Source: an uncultured Paraprevotella sp.
GTDB lineage: Bacteria; Bacteroidota; Bacteroidia; Bacteroidales; Bacteroidaceae
DNA: 64,000 nt
Assembly: GCA_944321525.1 (NCBI GenBank)
Contig: CALULQ010000015.1
Location: 5,927 to 69,926 of the forward strand
Direction of reading: 5' to 3'
The notes below the pieces were generated by a model that saw nothing but the letters and a program-made list of their open reading frames with translations, searched no databases and was not told the DNA's origin. This document shows, one piece after another, positions 50,188 through 60,291 of this stretch. Within the stretch, counting starts at the first letter, position 1. Each line of letters begins with the position of its first letter. The position numbers and the translations under genes are program-made.

Positions 50188-50784
50188 ATGAAGAAAGAGA
50201 TAGAGAAAATGCGCGGACAGGAGTTGTACTGCTTCTCCGACCCCGAGGTCATGGCAAGCCTGAACCATGCCGGAGCACTGTGCCGCAAGTTGCGGGACAT
50301 GGGCACGGAAGACGCAGACTACCGTTCCACCATCGAGGAACTGATTCCCGGCATACCGCCCACATCCACCGTCTGCCCCCCGTTCATGTGCGACCACGGG
50401 CACGGAGTGGTGCTGGGCGAGCACGTGTTCATCAACTACAACTGCACGATGCTCGACGCAGGCCTCATCCGCATTGGCAAACACACGAAAGTGGGCCCCA
50501 ATTGCCAGTTCTACACCCCCCAACACCCGCTGGACTACGAGGAACGGCGCAAGCCACAGGAAACGGCCTATCCCATCACGGTGGGCGACGACTGCTGGCT
50601 GGGCGGCGGCGTGGTGGTCTGCCCCGGAGTGACCATCGGCAACCGCTGCATCATAGCGGCGGGAAGCGTGGTGACCCGCGACATTCCGGACGATTCGTTG
50701 GCGGCAGGATGCCCGGCCGTGGTGAAACGCAAGTTGAACGGCGACGGCGAGAATGCCGTGGCAACTGGCATGGACGGGAAATGA
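50188..50784 (+). CDS. sugar O-acetyltransferase (maltose/galactoside acetyltransferase-like, left-handed beta-helix)
   Basis: MKKEIEKMRGQELY .. hexapeptide repeats IGKHTKVGPNCQF, VGDDCWLGGGVVVCPGVTIGNRCIIAAGSVV. Start ATG 50188 lies inside listed ORF 49858..50784. Confidence 0.88.
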   Translation: MKKEIEKMRGQELYCFSDPEVMASLNHAGALCRKLRDMGTEDADYRSTIEELIPGIPPTSTVCPPFMCDHGHGVVLGEHVFINYNCTMLDAGLIRIGKHTKVGPNCQFYTPQHPLDYEERRKPQETAYPITVGDDCWLGGGVVVCPGVTIGNRCIIAAGSVVTRDIPDDSLAAGCPAVVKRKLNGDGENAVATGMDGK

Positions 50785-51482
50785 CGAACAGTGAAATCAG
50801 GGACTTCTTGGAGGCCCATGCCGATGCCCGCTATGCCGCCTTCTCGGCCTCCCTCGTGCCGGGCGCGCAGCGGCTGCTCGGCGTGCGCCTGCCGGTCCTG
50901 CGCGCGTTGGCACGCGACATTGCGAAGGAAGACTGGCGGACTTACCTGGACGGGGCGGCGGACGACTCGTTCGAGGAAACCATGCTGCAAGGGCTCGTAA
51001 CGGGGGCGGCGCGCATGCCCTTCGCGGAACAGCTGGAGCGCGTGGCAGCCTACGTGCGCAAAATCGACAACTGGTCGCTTTGCGACTCTCCGGCCACGGG
51101 GTTCAAGTTCGTCCGCAAGCACCGCGAAGAGGCATGGCAGTTTCTCCAGCCCTACCTGCACGGAGACGACGAGTTTGCCCAACGCTTCGCCTGGGTGATG
51201 CTGTTGGCCCATTTCGTGACCGACGAGTTCATCGGCCGCGTGCTGGACGCCTGCACGGCAGTGCCCCCTTCGGGCTTCTACGCCATGATGGGCAAGGCAT
51301 GGCTCGTGGCGGTCTGCTTTGCCAAATATCCCGCCCCCACGCGCCTTTTGCTCGCCGGGGGACGGCTGGACGACGAGACGCAAAACCAAGCCATCAGGAA
51401 AATCACGGACTCCTTCCGCGTGACGGAAGAGGACAAACGCTGCGTGCGCACGCTCAAGCGTGCGGCGGCGCGCAATAAATAA
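50781..51482 (+). CDS. DNA alkylation repair protein (AlkD-like HEAT-repeat family)
   Basis: IRDFLEAHADARYAAFSASLVPG .. LGVRLPVLRALAR .. NWSLCDS .. AWL. ATGA start/stop overlap with the acetyltransferase gene. Confidence 0.78.
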   Translation: MTNSEIRDFLEAHADARYAAFSASLVPGAQRLLGVRLPVLRALARDIAKEDWRTYLDGAADDSFEETMLQGLVTGAARMPFAEQLERVAAYVRKIDNWSLCDSPATGFKFVRKHREEAWQFLQPYLHGDDEFAQRFAWVMLLAHFVTDEFIGRVLDACTAVPPSGFYAMMGKAWLVAVCFAKYPAPTRLLLAGGRLDDETQNQAIRKITDSFRVTEEDKRCVRTLKRAAARNK

Positions 51483-51492
51483 GAAATATATA

Positions 51493-52368
51493 ATGGGAAA
51501 GAAAAGAGGAAACATGAACCTGAAAATGCTCATAGGCGGCCTCGCGGCCGCAGCAGTGGTATTGGCCGGAGGATACGACCGCTTCCGGAACTATGTGGAA
51601 CAATGGACGGGCGGAAACTTCCTGCCCCAATCCAACGTGGGGCACGTGCTGGGCAGCAGTCCGACCGCCACGCCGGCGATAGCGGACATGGGGCTGCCGG
51701 AATTCGACGGGGAGAGGCGCAGCCAGATTATCCATCATGTGGGGTACACGGTGTCCTACAACGCGGAAACAAAAATCCCGAACTACGTGGCCTGGACCCT
51801 GACGCCCGAGCGCTTCGAAGAAACGGTGAGCCGCACGGACAAGTTCTTGCCCGACCCCGAAGTGGCCGACCCCGTGACGACGGACGACTACAAACGGTCG
51901 GGCTACGACCGCGGCCACCTGTGCCCCGCGGCGGACAACAAATGGAACGAGCAGGCCATGGAGGAAAGCTTCTACATGACCAACATCTGCCCGCAAAACC
52001 ATAACCTGAACGGCGGGGACTGGAAAGAACTGGAGGAAGCCTGCCGCGACTGGACTATGGAATGGGGGAAGCTCTACGTGGTGGCCGGCCCCATCCTGCA
52101 CGACGGGCAACACAAACGCATCGGCGAAAGCCGGGTCGTGGTGCCCGACGCCTTCTTCAAGGTGGTGCTCTGCCCTGCCCCGCTCAAGGCCGTGGGCTTC
52201 GTCTACAAGAACGCGGCCGGCAGCTGCCCCATGGAAACGTATGCCCGCACGGTGGACGAGGTGGAGCGCATCGCGGGGATGGACTTCTTCACCTCGCTGC
52301 CCGACAGCCTGGAGACCGCGGTCGAAGCCGAGTGCGATTGGGCCGAATGGCAGTTGCCCCGACACTGA
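51493..52368 (+). CDS. DNA/RNA non-specific endonuclease (NucA/EndoG family), membrane-anchored or secreted
   Basis: N-terminal hydrophobic helix. Active-site block YDRGHLCPAADN .. TNICPQNHNLNGGDW. Confidence 0.85.
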   Translation: MGKKRGNMNLKMLIGGLAAAAVVLAGGYDRFRNYVEQWTGGNFLPQSNVGHVLGSSPTATPAIADMGLPEFDGERRSQIIHHVGYTVSYNAETKIPNYVAWTLTPERFEETVSRTDKFLPDPEVADPVTTDDYKRSGYDRGHLCPAADNKWNEQAMEESFYMTNICPQNHNLNGGDWKELEEACRDWTMEWGKLYVVAGPILHDGQHKRIGESRVVVPDAFFKVVLCPAPLKAVGFVYKNAAGSCPMETYARTVDEVERIAGMDFFTSLPDSLETAVEAECDWAEWQLPRH

Positions 52369-52395
52369 GCGACGGCACGCCTTGCCCGCCGCGCG

Positions 52396-53280
52396 TCATG
52401 CCCGGTGGACAGGCGGCTGTGGCTTGGGCCGCCGTTCACGAAGAATCGCCAACAATTGCTGGAACAGGAACAAGGCCCAGAACATGCAGAAGAAACACAC
52501 GCCCGAAATGGCATTGTCCAACCCGAGGGGCGCGAAAGGAATGGCGCAGAAGGAGTAAAGCAGGCAGTAGGTCAGCAGCTTGTGCTCGCGCGAAATGCGC
52601 CAGAGCCTTCTCCGCCTCTTCCGCGACGAGAGGAAATAAATCGTGAGCAGAGTGGCAAAAATGAACACCTTGGTTTCCCAAAGTTGGGCAAACCCGTCGG
52701 CCGTCTGCGTCGACAGCGCCGTCAGGTCGCCCCACGCCGCCGAATTCCAATAAGCCGACTGCAAGAGAGTGAGCGTGGTGCCGATGGCGAACCCTATGAC
52801 CATGGGCCAGCAAGCCAGACGGAACAGCCGGTCGCGCTGCAAGTAGGACAACGTGAGGAAAGCCGCACAGAGCGGTATGGTGATGCTGTCGTGCGTATAG
52901 CTGCAGAAAATGCCCATCAGCAGCATCAGGAAATAGCCGTACTTGAAATTCTTGTTCGAAATGCGCGTGTATTGCGAAATGAAGAACGGCACGATGCACG
53001 TGGACGACAGCTCCACGACGGCCGTTTCGTCGCGGTTGAAAAAGTGGCGGGAGTCGGGACAGAAAAGCAATATGAAAAGCGCCGTGCACAAAATGCCCGT
53101 CACGCTCTGCGTGGAATGGGCGATGCGCCCGGTGAGATAGACCAACAGCGTGAACAGCAGGGCCGACAACGGATTGATGATTTCCGCCTGCCAGATGTAG
53201 CCTCCCGTTTTGGGAAACAGGGCGAGCGCGGAAAGCATGACCGCAAAGATGGCTAAATAAGTGAGGTAGAGTTTCATCAT
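52396..53280 (-). CDS. polytopic integral membrane protein of unknown function
   Basis: 294 aa with about 8-9 hydrophobic helices and an RKRRRRLWR loop. No motif recognised. Confidence 0.6.
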   Translation of the reverse strand: MMKLYLTYLAIFAVMLSALALFPKTGGYIWQAEIINPLSALLFTLLVYLTGRIAHSTQSVTGILCTALFILLFCPDSRHFFNRDETAVVELSSTCIVPFFISQYTRISNKNFKYGYFLMLLMGIFCSYTHDSITIPLCAAFLTLSYLQRDRLFRLACWPMVIGFAIGTTLTLLQSAYWNSAAWGDLTALSTQTADGFAQLWETKVFIFATLLTIYFLSSRKRRRRLWRISREHKLLTYCLLYSFCAIPFAPLGLDNAISGVCFFCMFWALFLFQQLLAILRERRPKPQPPVHRA

Positions 53281-53500
53281 GCCTTATTTTTGCAAAAATA
53301 CACAATAAAATCCATTCCATGCGCTTTTCTGCACGATTTGATGGCAAAAAACGCAAACCGGCGGCTTGGCAGAAAGTCTGCCGTTTTATTTCCTGCGCCT
53401 TCCCAATGTATGCCAAACTGGCAGAGCGCCCCGTTTGGCATGTTATTCGTAGAAATAGTGGTAGAAAACAAAAAACGTATAACCATAAAATATATCTATT

Positions 53501-53773
53501 ATGAACATTAAACCATTGGCAGACCGCGTGCTCATTGAGCCGGCCCCCGCAGAGACAAAGACAGTTGGTGGCATCATCATTCCCGACACAGCGAAGGAGA
53601 AACCCTTGCAGGGTACGATTGTCGCAGTAGGGAAAGGTACGAAGGACGAAGAAATGGTGCTCAAGGAAGGAGACACCGTGCTGTACGGCAAATACGCCGG
53701 AACAGAACTGGAATACGAAGGCAAGAAGTATTTGATTATGCGCCAGAGCGACGTCGTGGCCGTCTTGGCTTGA
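53501..53773 (+). CDS. groES: co-chaperonin GroES
   Basis: [14 protein letters not shown] .. [15 protein letters not shown] .. [13 protein letters not shown]. Confidence 0.97.
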   Translation: MNIKPLADRVLIEPAPAETKTVGGIIIPDTAKEKPLQGTIVAVGKGTKDEEMVLKEGDTVLYGKYAGTELEYEGKKYLIMRQSDVVAVLA

Positions 53774-53824
53774 CCCCCGTGCGCGAAATGTTATATTATA
53801 AATAGGTAAAGAAAGGAAAAGATC

Positions 53825-55462
53825 ATGGCAAAAGATATCAGATTCAACGTGGAAGCCCGCGAGGCAATGAAAAAAGGCGTGGACCAGCTGGCCAACGCCG
53901 TTAAAGTAACGCTCGGCCCGAAGGGACGCAACGTCATCATCGAAAAGAAATTCGGCGCACCGCAAATCACAAAGGACGGCGTGACCGTGGCCAAGGAAAT
54001 CGAATTGGCCGATGCTTTTGAGAATGCAGGCGCACAACTTGTGAAGAGCGTGGCCAGCAAGACCGGCGACGACGCGGGCGACGGAACGACAACGGCTACC
54101 GTCTTGGCTCAGAGCATCGTGAGCGTGGGCCTGAAGAACGTGGCCGCCGGTGCCAACCCGATGGACTTGAAGCGCGGCATCGACAAAGCCGTGGCCAAAG
54201 TGGTGGAGCACATCAAGTCGCAAGCCGAACAGGTGGGCGATGATTACAGCAAAATCGAGCAAGTGGCCACTGTCAGCGCAAACAACGATCCCGAGATAGG
54301 CAAGCTGCTGGCCGATGCCATGCAGAAAGTCAGCAAAGACGGCGTGATCACCATCGAAGAGGCCAAGGGACGCGACACGACCATCGGAGTCGTGGAAGGC
54401 ATGCAGTTCGACCGTGGTTACCTCTCCGCATACTTCGTGACCGACACGGAGAAGATGGAGTGCGTGATGGAGAACCCGTACATCCTGATCTACGACAAGA
54501 AGATTTCCAACCTGAAGGATTTCTTGCCCATCCTTGAGCCGGCCGTACAGACGGGTCGCCCGTTGCTGGTCATCGCCGAGGACGTGGACAGCGAGGCTTT
54601 GACCACATTGGTGGTTAACCGTCTGCGCAGCCAGTTGAAGATCTGCGCCGTGAAGGCTCCGGGCTTCGGCGACCGCCGCAAGGCCATGCTGGAAGACATT
54701 GCCGTGCTCACCGGTGGCGTTGTCATCAGCGAGGAGAAAGGATTGAAACTGGAACAGGCCACCATCGAAATGTTGGGCTCTTGCGACAAGGTGACCATCA
54801 CGAAGGACAACACGACGATTGTCAACGGACATGGGCAGAGCGAACTCATCAAGGACCGCGTCAACCAGATTAAGAATGAAATCGCCAACACCAAGAGCGA
54901 CTACGACAAGGAGAAGCTCCAGGAGCGTCTGGCCAAGTTGAGCGGCGGCGTGGCAGTTTTGTACGTCGGTGCTCCGAGCGAGGTCGAGATGAAGGAGAAG
55001 AAAGACCGCGTGGACGACGCCTTGTGCGCCACTCGTGCAGCCATCGAGGAAGGTATCATCGCCGGTGGTGGCGTGGCTTACATCCGCGCCACGAAGGTGC
55101 TGGACGACCTCAAGGGCGACAACGCCGACGAGACAACCGGCATCAACATCGTGAAGAGAGCCATCGAAGAGCCGTTGCGCCAGATTGTGGAGAACGCCGG
55201 TCTCGAAGGTTCGGTTGTCGTGGAGAAAGTGCGTCAGGGCGAGGGCGACTTCGGTTACAATGCCCGTGAGGACAAATACGAGAACCTGAAGGCCACCGGC
55301 ATCATCGACCCGGCCAAGGTTACGCGTGTGGCCTTGGAGAACGCCGCTTCCATCGCCGGCATGTTCCTCACCACGGAATGTGTCATCTGCGACAAGAAGG
55401 AAGAAAAGCCCGAAATGGGCATGGGCAACCCCGGCATGGGGGGCATGGGCGGCATGATGTAA
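53825..55462 (+). CDS. groEL: chaperonin GroEL
   Basis: [11 protein letters not shown] .. [10 protein letters not shown] .. [10 protein letters not shown] .. C-terminal GMGGMGGMM tail. Confidence 0.98.
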   Translation: MAKDIRFNVEAREAMKKGVDQLANAVKVTLGPKGRNVIIEKKFGAPQITKDGVTVAKEIELADAFENAGAQLVKSVASKTGDDAGDGTTTATVLAQSIVSVGLKNVAAGANPMDLKRGIDKAVAKVVEHIKSQAEQVGDDYSKIEQVATVSANNDPEIGKLLADAMQKVSKDGVITIEEAKGRDTTIGVVEGMQFDRGYLSAYFVTDTEKMECVMENPYILIYDKKISNLKDFLPILEPAVQTGRPLLVIAEDVDSEALTTLVVNRLRSQLKICAVKAPGFGDRRKAMLEDIAVLTGGVVISEEKGLKLEQATIEMLGSCDKVTITKDNTTIVNGHGQSELIKDRVNQIKNEIANTKSDYDKEKLQERLAKLSGGVAVLYVGAPSEVEMKEKKDRVDDALCATRAAIEEGIIAGGGVAYIRATKVLDDLKGDNADETTGINIVKRAIEEPLRQIVENAGLEGSVVVEKVRQGEGDFGYNAREDKYENLKATGIIDPAKVTRVALENAASIAGMFLTTECVICDKKEEKPEMGMGNPGMGGMGGMM

Positions 55463-55544
55463 GCCCGTGGGCAAACGAGAATAAGTAGAATCAAAGCTGG
55501 AAGGAGGCTTTCCAAGGCCTTTCCTTCCAGCTTTTTTTATGTCC

Positions 55545-56237
55545 TTACCGCAACCGCACCGGCGGGATGTTGGCAGGCGTTTTGGTGAAAATCCGGATGA
55601 TGGAGAAAGGCGGAAGGCCTTGCAACGATTCGAAATCGGCAGAGGACACCACCTGCATGTCGTAGACGAAATTCTCGTCCACTTTGTAGGACGCGACGTC
55701 GTGCGTAATGAAGTTCCGGTTGATCATGAAGATGTACGGGCCTTTCAGGTCGGGGAAATGCTTCTCCTTCAGTCCTTCCAGCGAAGCCAGGCGGACGTCC
55801 TTGAAGTTTTTAAGTTCGAGCTGCACCACATGGTCGTATTCCACGCCGTTGATGGTGAACGGATGTTCACGCGGGTCTTGGGTGACCACGAGGGAATCGT
55901 GCCGGGCGTTGATGTCGCGGATGACGAAGGGCAGTTTGAGCTCTTTGTAGACCCGGCACACCGAATCGACATTGATGCCGACTTCGTCCTTCACGAAAAC
56001 ATTGCCGTTCAGGAGGATGGCCCCACGTTGGGCGTTGAAGTCCTTGTCGGACACAGGGTCGATGTCCCAGCTGCTGCGGTTGGTGATGCCATTCGGAAAC
56101 GACGGATTTTGCCCGGGCTGTTCTGTCCGTCCGTTTGCATTGTCCGCGTCACCGCGGAGGCTGCCGGCCGGCGTGGCGGCTTGCACCGCGATTTGCGTGG
56201 CGAACACGCAGGCCATCAAAAGGGGCTGTCTTTTCAT
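55545..56237 (-). CDS. hypothetical secreted protein
   Basis: Signal peptide MKRQPLLMACVFATQIAVQA. Natural-looking composition. No family recognised. Confidence 0.6.
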   Translation of the reverse strand: MKRQPLLMACVFATQIAVQAATPAGSLRGDADNANGRTEQPGQNPSFPNGITNRSSWDIDPVSDKDFNAQRGAILLNGNVFVKDEVGINVDSVCRVYKELKLPFVIRDINARHDSLVVTQDPREHPFTINGVEYDHVVQLELKNFKDVRLASLEGLKEKHFPDLKGPYIFMINRNFITHDVASYKVDENFVYDMQVVSSADFESLQGLPPFSIIRIFTKTPANIPPVRLR

Positions 56238-56433
56238 TTTTTCCGTTTTTTAAGGTTAAAGAAATCCGTGGACACCCGTCCGCGTGCAAGGCGTCCGCCT
56301 TGTGTTGCAAATATACACTTTCCCAAAAAGTTTTTCACAGCGTTTTAGGTTAAAATTCCATAAAGAAAAAATCAGATGCTTCTGTAGCGGAAAAACGTGG
56401 TAACTTTGGAGTTGCAAAAATGAAACGGCAATT

Positions 56434-57213
56434 ATGGGATATGGAAAATGGATAGGCGGCTTCATGGGATTCATGACCATGGGGCCTTTGGGAGCGCTGG
56501 CCGGATACTTCATCGGCTCGTGGTTTGACAAGAAAACCGGCGAAATGCAGTACGACGACGGGCCGGACGGCGAAGGGCAGCGCCACGCCCAAGGCCAACG
56601 GAACAGTTTTTTGTTTTCGATGCTCGTCATGGCATCCTACGTGATTCGGGCCGACCGGAGGGTGATGCACAGCGAGATGGAGTTCGTGCGCCGCTTCCTG
56701 CGGGCCAATTTCGGTGAAGAGGCCGTGGCGGAAGGCGAAGACATCCTGCTCAAACTCTTCGAGGAGGCCAAACGGCTCGACCAAGCCTCGCCCACGGCCT
56801 ACCGCGACATGATTTTCGACTGCGGCGGACAGATGGCCGTCCACCTGAACTACGGCGAGCGGTTGCAGCTGTTGGACTTCCTCATCAAGATAGCGCAGAG
56901 CGACGGCTCGGTGTGCGCGGAGGAAATCCGCGCGCTGAAGGACGTGGCGCAGGCCATGCGGCTCAGCGGCAGCGAGGTGGACTCGATGCTGAACCTGAAG
57001 GGCGACTCGCTGGCGGATGCCTACAAGGTGCTCGAGGTGGACCCCTCGGCCACCGACGACGAGGTGCGCGCCGCCTTCCGCAAACTGGCCCTGAAGCACC
57101 ACCCCGACCGCGTGGCCACGCTGGGCGAGGACGTGCGTCGCGCCGCGGAAGAGAAGTTCCAGCAAATCAACAACGCCAAGGAGCGCGTCTACAAGGCGAG
57201 AGGCATGAAATGA
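56434..57213 (+). CDS. DjlA-like co-chaperone: N-terminal TM, TerB-like domain, C-terminal J domain
   Basis: J domain DAYKVLEVDPSATDDEVRAAFRKLALKHHPDR. A TAACTTTG -7 box lies at 56401-56408. Confidence 0.8.
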   Translation: MGYGKWIGGFMGFMTMGPLGALAGYFIGSWFDKKTGEMQYDDGPDGEGQRHAQGQRNSFLFSMLVMASYVIRADRRVMHSEMEFVRRFLRANFGEEAVAEGEDILLKLFEEAKRLDQASPTAYRDMIFDCGGQMAVHLNYGERLQLLDFLIKIAQSDGSVCAEEIRALKDVAQAMRLSGSEVDSMLNLKGDSLADAYKVLEVDPSATDDEVRAAFRKLALKHHPDRVATLGEDVRRAAEEKFQQINNAKERVYKARGMK

Positions 57214-57235
57214 TAACCTAAACAAAATATGTGAC

Positions 57236-58378
57236 ATGACGAAAAAGAGCTTTTTATGGTTGGGCTTGTGGCTGTGCTGCCTGACGGCGGGAGTGAAAGC
57301 GCAGCAGTTGGAACGCATCTCCCCGGGCCAGGAATGGCCGGACAACAAGGGCGAGCACATCAATGCCCACGGCGGAGGGTTGCTGTTCGACGGAGGAAAA
57401 TATTATTGGTATGGCGAGAACCGGCCCGCGCGGGGATTCACCACGGAAGTGGGCGTGGAGGTCTATTCGTCCACCGACTTGATGAACTGGACCGACGAGG
57501 GCGTGGCACTGGCCGTTTCCGAAGAGGCCGGAAGCCCCATTGAGCGCGGGTGCATCATGGAGCGCCCCAAGGTGGTGCGCAATCCCAAGACGGGGAAATA
57601 CGTCATGCTCTTCCACCTGGAGCTGAAGGGCCAGGGCTATGCCGCCGCACGGGTGGGCTTTGCCGAGAGCGACTCTCCCACCGGGCCGTTCCGCTTCATC
57701 CGCTCGTTGCGCCCCAACGCGGGCGTATGGCCGGCCGACTTTTCGCGCAAGGACATACGCGAGGCCAAAGCGCTGAAGGAGGAAGACTACAAGGAATGGT
57801 GGACCCCGGCGTGGCGCGAAGCCGTGACGAAAGGCTTGCTGCTGGCCCGCGACGTGCCGGGCGGACAGATGAGCCGCGACATGACGGTGTTCGTGGACGA
57901 CGACGGCAAGGCTTACCACATCTATTCGGCGGAAGAGAACCTGACGCTGAACCTGGCCGAACTGACCGACGACTACCTGGACTACACCGGAAAGTATGTC
58001 CGCATCGCCCCGGGCGGACAGAACGAGGCGCCCACCATCTTCAAGCGCGACGGCACATACTGGCTCATCACGAGCGGCTGCACGGGATGGGCGCCGAACG
58101 AGGCACGGATGTTCAAGGCCGAATCCCTGTGGGGACCGTGGGAGCAGCTGCCCTCGCCCTTCGTGGGGAAGGACGCGGACAAGTCCTTCCACACGCAAGG
58201 CACCTATATATTTAAGGTGGAAGGCACGGACGACGGCTACGTATTCATGGCCGACCGCTGGAATCCACGCAGCCTGAAAAACTCGCGCCACGTGTGGTTG
58301 CCACTGGAGTTCAAGGCAGACGGCACGCCGGTGCTCCGCTGGGTGGACAGCTGGTCGCCGCGCGAGCTGTTCGATTAA
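57236..58378 (+). CDS. glycoside hydrolase family 43-like (five-bladed beta-propeller)
   Basis: Signal peptide. HINAHGGGLLFDGGKYYWYGE .. VEVYSSTDLMNWT .. ERPKVVRNPKTGKYVM .. APTIFKRDGTYWLITSGCTGW. The subfamily is not determinable by eye. Confidence 0.75.
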   Translation: MTKKSFLWLGLWLCCLTAGVKAQQLERISPGQEWPDNKGEHINAHGGGLLFDGGKYYWYGENRPARGFTTEVGVEVYSSTDLMNWTDEGVALAVSEEAGSPIERGCIMERPKVVRNPKTGKYVMLFHLELKGQGYAAARVGFAESDSPTGPFRFIRSLRPNAGVWPADFSRKDIREAKALKEEDYKEWWTPAWREAVTKGLLLARDVPGGQMSRDMTVFVDDDGKAYHIYSAEENLTLNLAELTDDYLDYTGKYVRIAPGGQNEAPTIFKRDGTYWLITSGCTGWAPNEARMFKAESLWGPWEQLPSPFVGKDADKSFHTQGTYIFKVEGTDDGYVFMADRWNPRSLKNSRHVWLPLEFKADGTPVLRWVDSWSPRELFD

Positions 58379-58657
58379 CCCGGGAAGCACGGCTGGACTT
58401 CAACATCCTGACGCTGGCTGATGGGAACACAGGACGGAGAGTTGTTCCGGGCGCAAGCCCTGGACAGCCCTCCGTCCTGTGTTCCCATTTTTTGTTCCGA
58501 CTCGCCTTTCCCGCCTTCGCCGGGAAGTATCCGGGGAACAACATCCGCACAAATTATTCCTGACACCACCGCGGCGCACGCGACAATGCCCCAGGCGACA
58601 GGCCGAGCGCCCGCGGCCTTGCCCGGAGCCGCGCAGCGCCAGACGGAGGCCGGCACC

Positions 58658-58719
58658 GTACTTTGCGGAGAGTACTTGAGTACTCTGCGGCAAGTACTCG
58701 ACTACTCTCCGCAAAGTAC
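58658..58719. repeat. GTAC-framed palindromic repeat, copy 6 (three arms)
   Basis: GTACTTTGCGGAGAGTAC-TTGA-GTACTCTGCGGCAAGTAC-TCGA-CTACTCTCCGCAAAGTAC. Confidence 0.9.
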
Positions 58720-58765
58720 AATCCGGCACTGCGCACGCCGTTTTCCCGTTTTCCGCCCCAGACTA

Positions 58766-58818
58766 TTTTTAAAGCCGGCCCCGCATTCCCATCAGAGAAG
58801 CGGAGCCGGCTTTAAAAA
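58766..58818. terminator. bidirectional hairpin between the convergent GH43 genes
   Basis: Perfect 14-bp stem TTTTTAAAGCCGGC / GCCGGCTTTAAAAA with built-in A/T tracts. Confidence 0.6.
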
Positions 58819-58851
58819 CGGGTTCGTCGCAAACGGTAAATTTCAGGACAC

Positions 58852-60075
58852 TTATTTGAACTTCTCAACTTTCCGCGTCATGGATTGCAAGGCCTTGACG
58901 TCGGTCGTCGTGTCGAGCACCTGCCGGGCTTCGGCCAGCAGCGCCGGACGCCGCTCCAGCTGTTTCAGCGTCAGGGTCGGCACGGGGCGCGTGCGCAACC
59001 TTTCCACCGCGATGCTGAGGGCCGACCACGCCTCGAGCCGCTCTCGCTCGGCCGCCGATATGTGCATCACCGATCCGTGCCGGGGGGTGAAGTCGCCGTG
59101 CGTCTTGGTGTTCTGCACGAAAGTGAAGTGCTGCAGGTCGTTGCTCTTGCAGAACTGGTAGAAGCCTTGCGCGTAGCAATCGTACATCAGCACATACTCG
59201 TCCGAACCGATGAGGGGGAACACGCTGGAGCCCTCCACCGGATACTGCCCCTCCTTCTGCAGGTGGCGCCATTCGATGCTGTAGGGCCCGGTGAGCCGTT
59301 GGCTGGTGGCGCGCATCACGCCCTGCCGCGTGCGGAAGCCTTTGTTCATGACCGAGCGGCCCTCGTCCTTGAAGAAGAGCACGAACTCGCCGGTCTTCGG
59401 GTTGCGCACGATGTCGCCGTCGATGGCCGCCGTGCCGAAGTCGAAGAGCAGTTTCGGGGTGGTGATGTCGGTGAAGTCCTCATTCACGTAGGAATAAAAC
59501 AGTTTGAAGTGGGGCTGCTTGAAGTTCGGGTCTTCCGTGGGATATTCCCAGTCGTGGCGGCCGATGGAGTAGTAAATCATGTATTTCCCCACCTCGTCGT
59601 CCCAGATGACCTGCGGGGCCCACACGGCGTGCAGGTTCTCCCGGTCGAATCCCGCGAGGTCGGGAAAGCGCGTGGGGAAGTCGATGGCCGTGTGTTGCCA
59701 GTGGATGAGGTCGCTGCTCTTCATCAGGATGAGTCCGTCGTTGCTCTGCCATCCCTCGTCCGACCGCATGTCGGTCATGACCATGTAGAAGGTCTTGCCG
59801 TCCTGACCGCGGGTGATGTAGGGGTCGCGGATACTCTTTTTCAGCGCGACCGTGTCGGAGGCCACCACGGGGCGGCCCTCGTTGAGCGACGTGTAGTTGA
59901 AGCCATCGTCGCTCAGGGCATAGCGGATTTGCTCGCCGTAGGGCGAATTGTTGGAGAAAAAGGCGAAGAGATAGCAACTGTCCGTTGCCGCAGCGCCGCC
60001 TTGCGCAAGGGCCGGGGCGGCCGTGCCGAGCAACAGGGCGGCCATGCTTGCCGCCGTCCATTTTTTCATTTTCAT
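58852..60075 (-). CDS. glycoside hydrolase family 43 (arabinofuranosidase-like)
   Basis: Signal peptide. SIRDPYITRGQDGKTFYMVMTD .. LMKSSDLIHWQ .. VWAPQVIWDDEVGKYMIYYS .. VEGSSVFPL. Confidence 0.82.
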   Translation of the reverse strand: MKMKKWTAASMAALLLGTAAPALAQGGAAATDSCYLFAFFSNNSPYGEQIRYALSDDGFNYTSLNEGRPVVASDTVALKKSIRDPYITRGQDGKTFYMVMTDMRSDEGWQSNDGLILMKSSDLIHWQHTAIDFPTRFPDLAGFDRENLHAVWAPQVIWDDEVGKYMIYYSIGRHDWEYPTEDPNFKQPHFKLFYSYVNEDFTDITTPKLLFDFGTAAIDGDIVRNPKTGEFVLFFKDEGRSVMNKGFRTRQGVMRATSQRLTGPYSIEWRHLQKEGQYPVEGSSVFPLIGSDEYVLMYDCYAQGFYQFCKSNDLQHFTFVQNTKTHGDFTPRHGSVMHISAAERERLEAWSALSIAVERLRTRPVPTLTLKQLERRPALLAEARQVLDTTTDVKALQSMTRKVEKFK

Positions 60076-60291
60076 GATGAGATATGTTTAAAGGTTTCTA
60101 TTCTGTCAGGTGCAAATATAGTCAGAATAAAATTCCCAAAGAAGCCTTGACGCCATTTTGTAAGGCCCGCCAAGGCTTCAGCCGCATTTTTTCAGGTGAC
60201 GCGGCCCCGTGCTCCCCCCGTCGCGGCCGGCCCGTCCTCCCCCGGACCGGCATGCGGGAGAGGACGGGCCGGCAGGAAGCGTCAGCACACG

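Noticed and set aside
52436-55474. Very long antisense ORFs. These include the 1012-aa ORF opposite groES/groEL, and also 31207..33678(+), 35533..37689(-), 44563..47310(+), 40443..42440(-), 27847..28800(+) and others.
   Set aside because: They are shadow frames of strongly supported genes in GC-rich DNA. Their translations are H/V/G/A/L/R-rich with no motifs. The opposite strand carries textbook GroEL, GH127, coiled-coil and QueA sequences.
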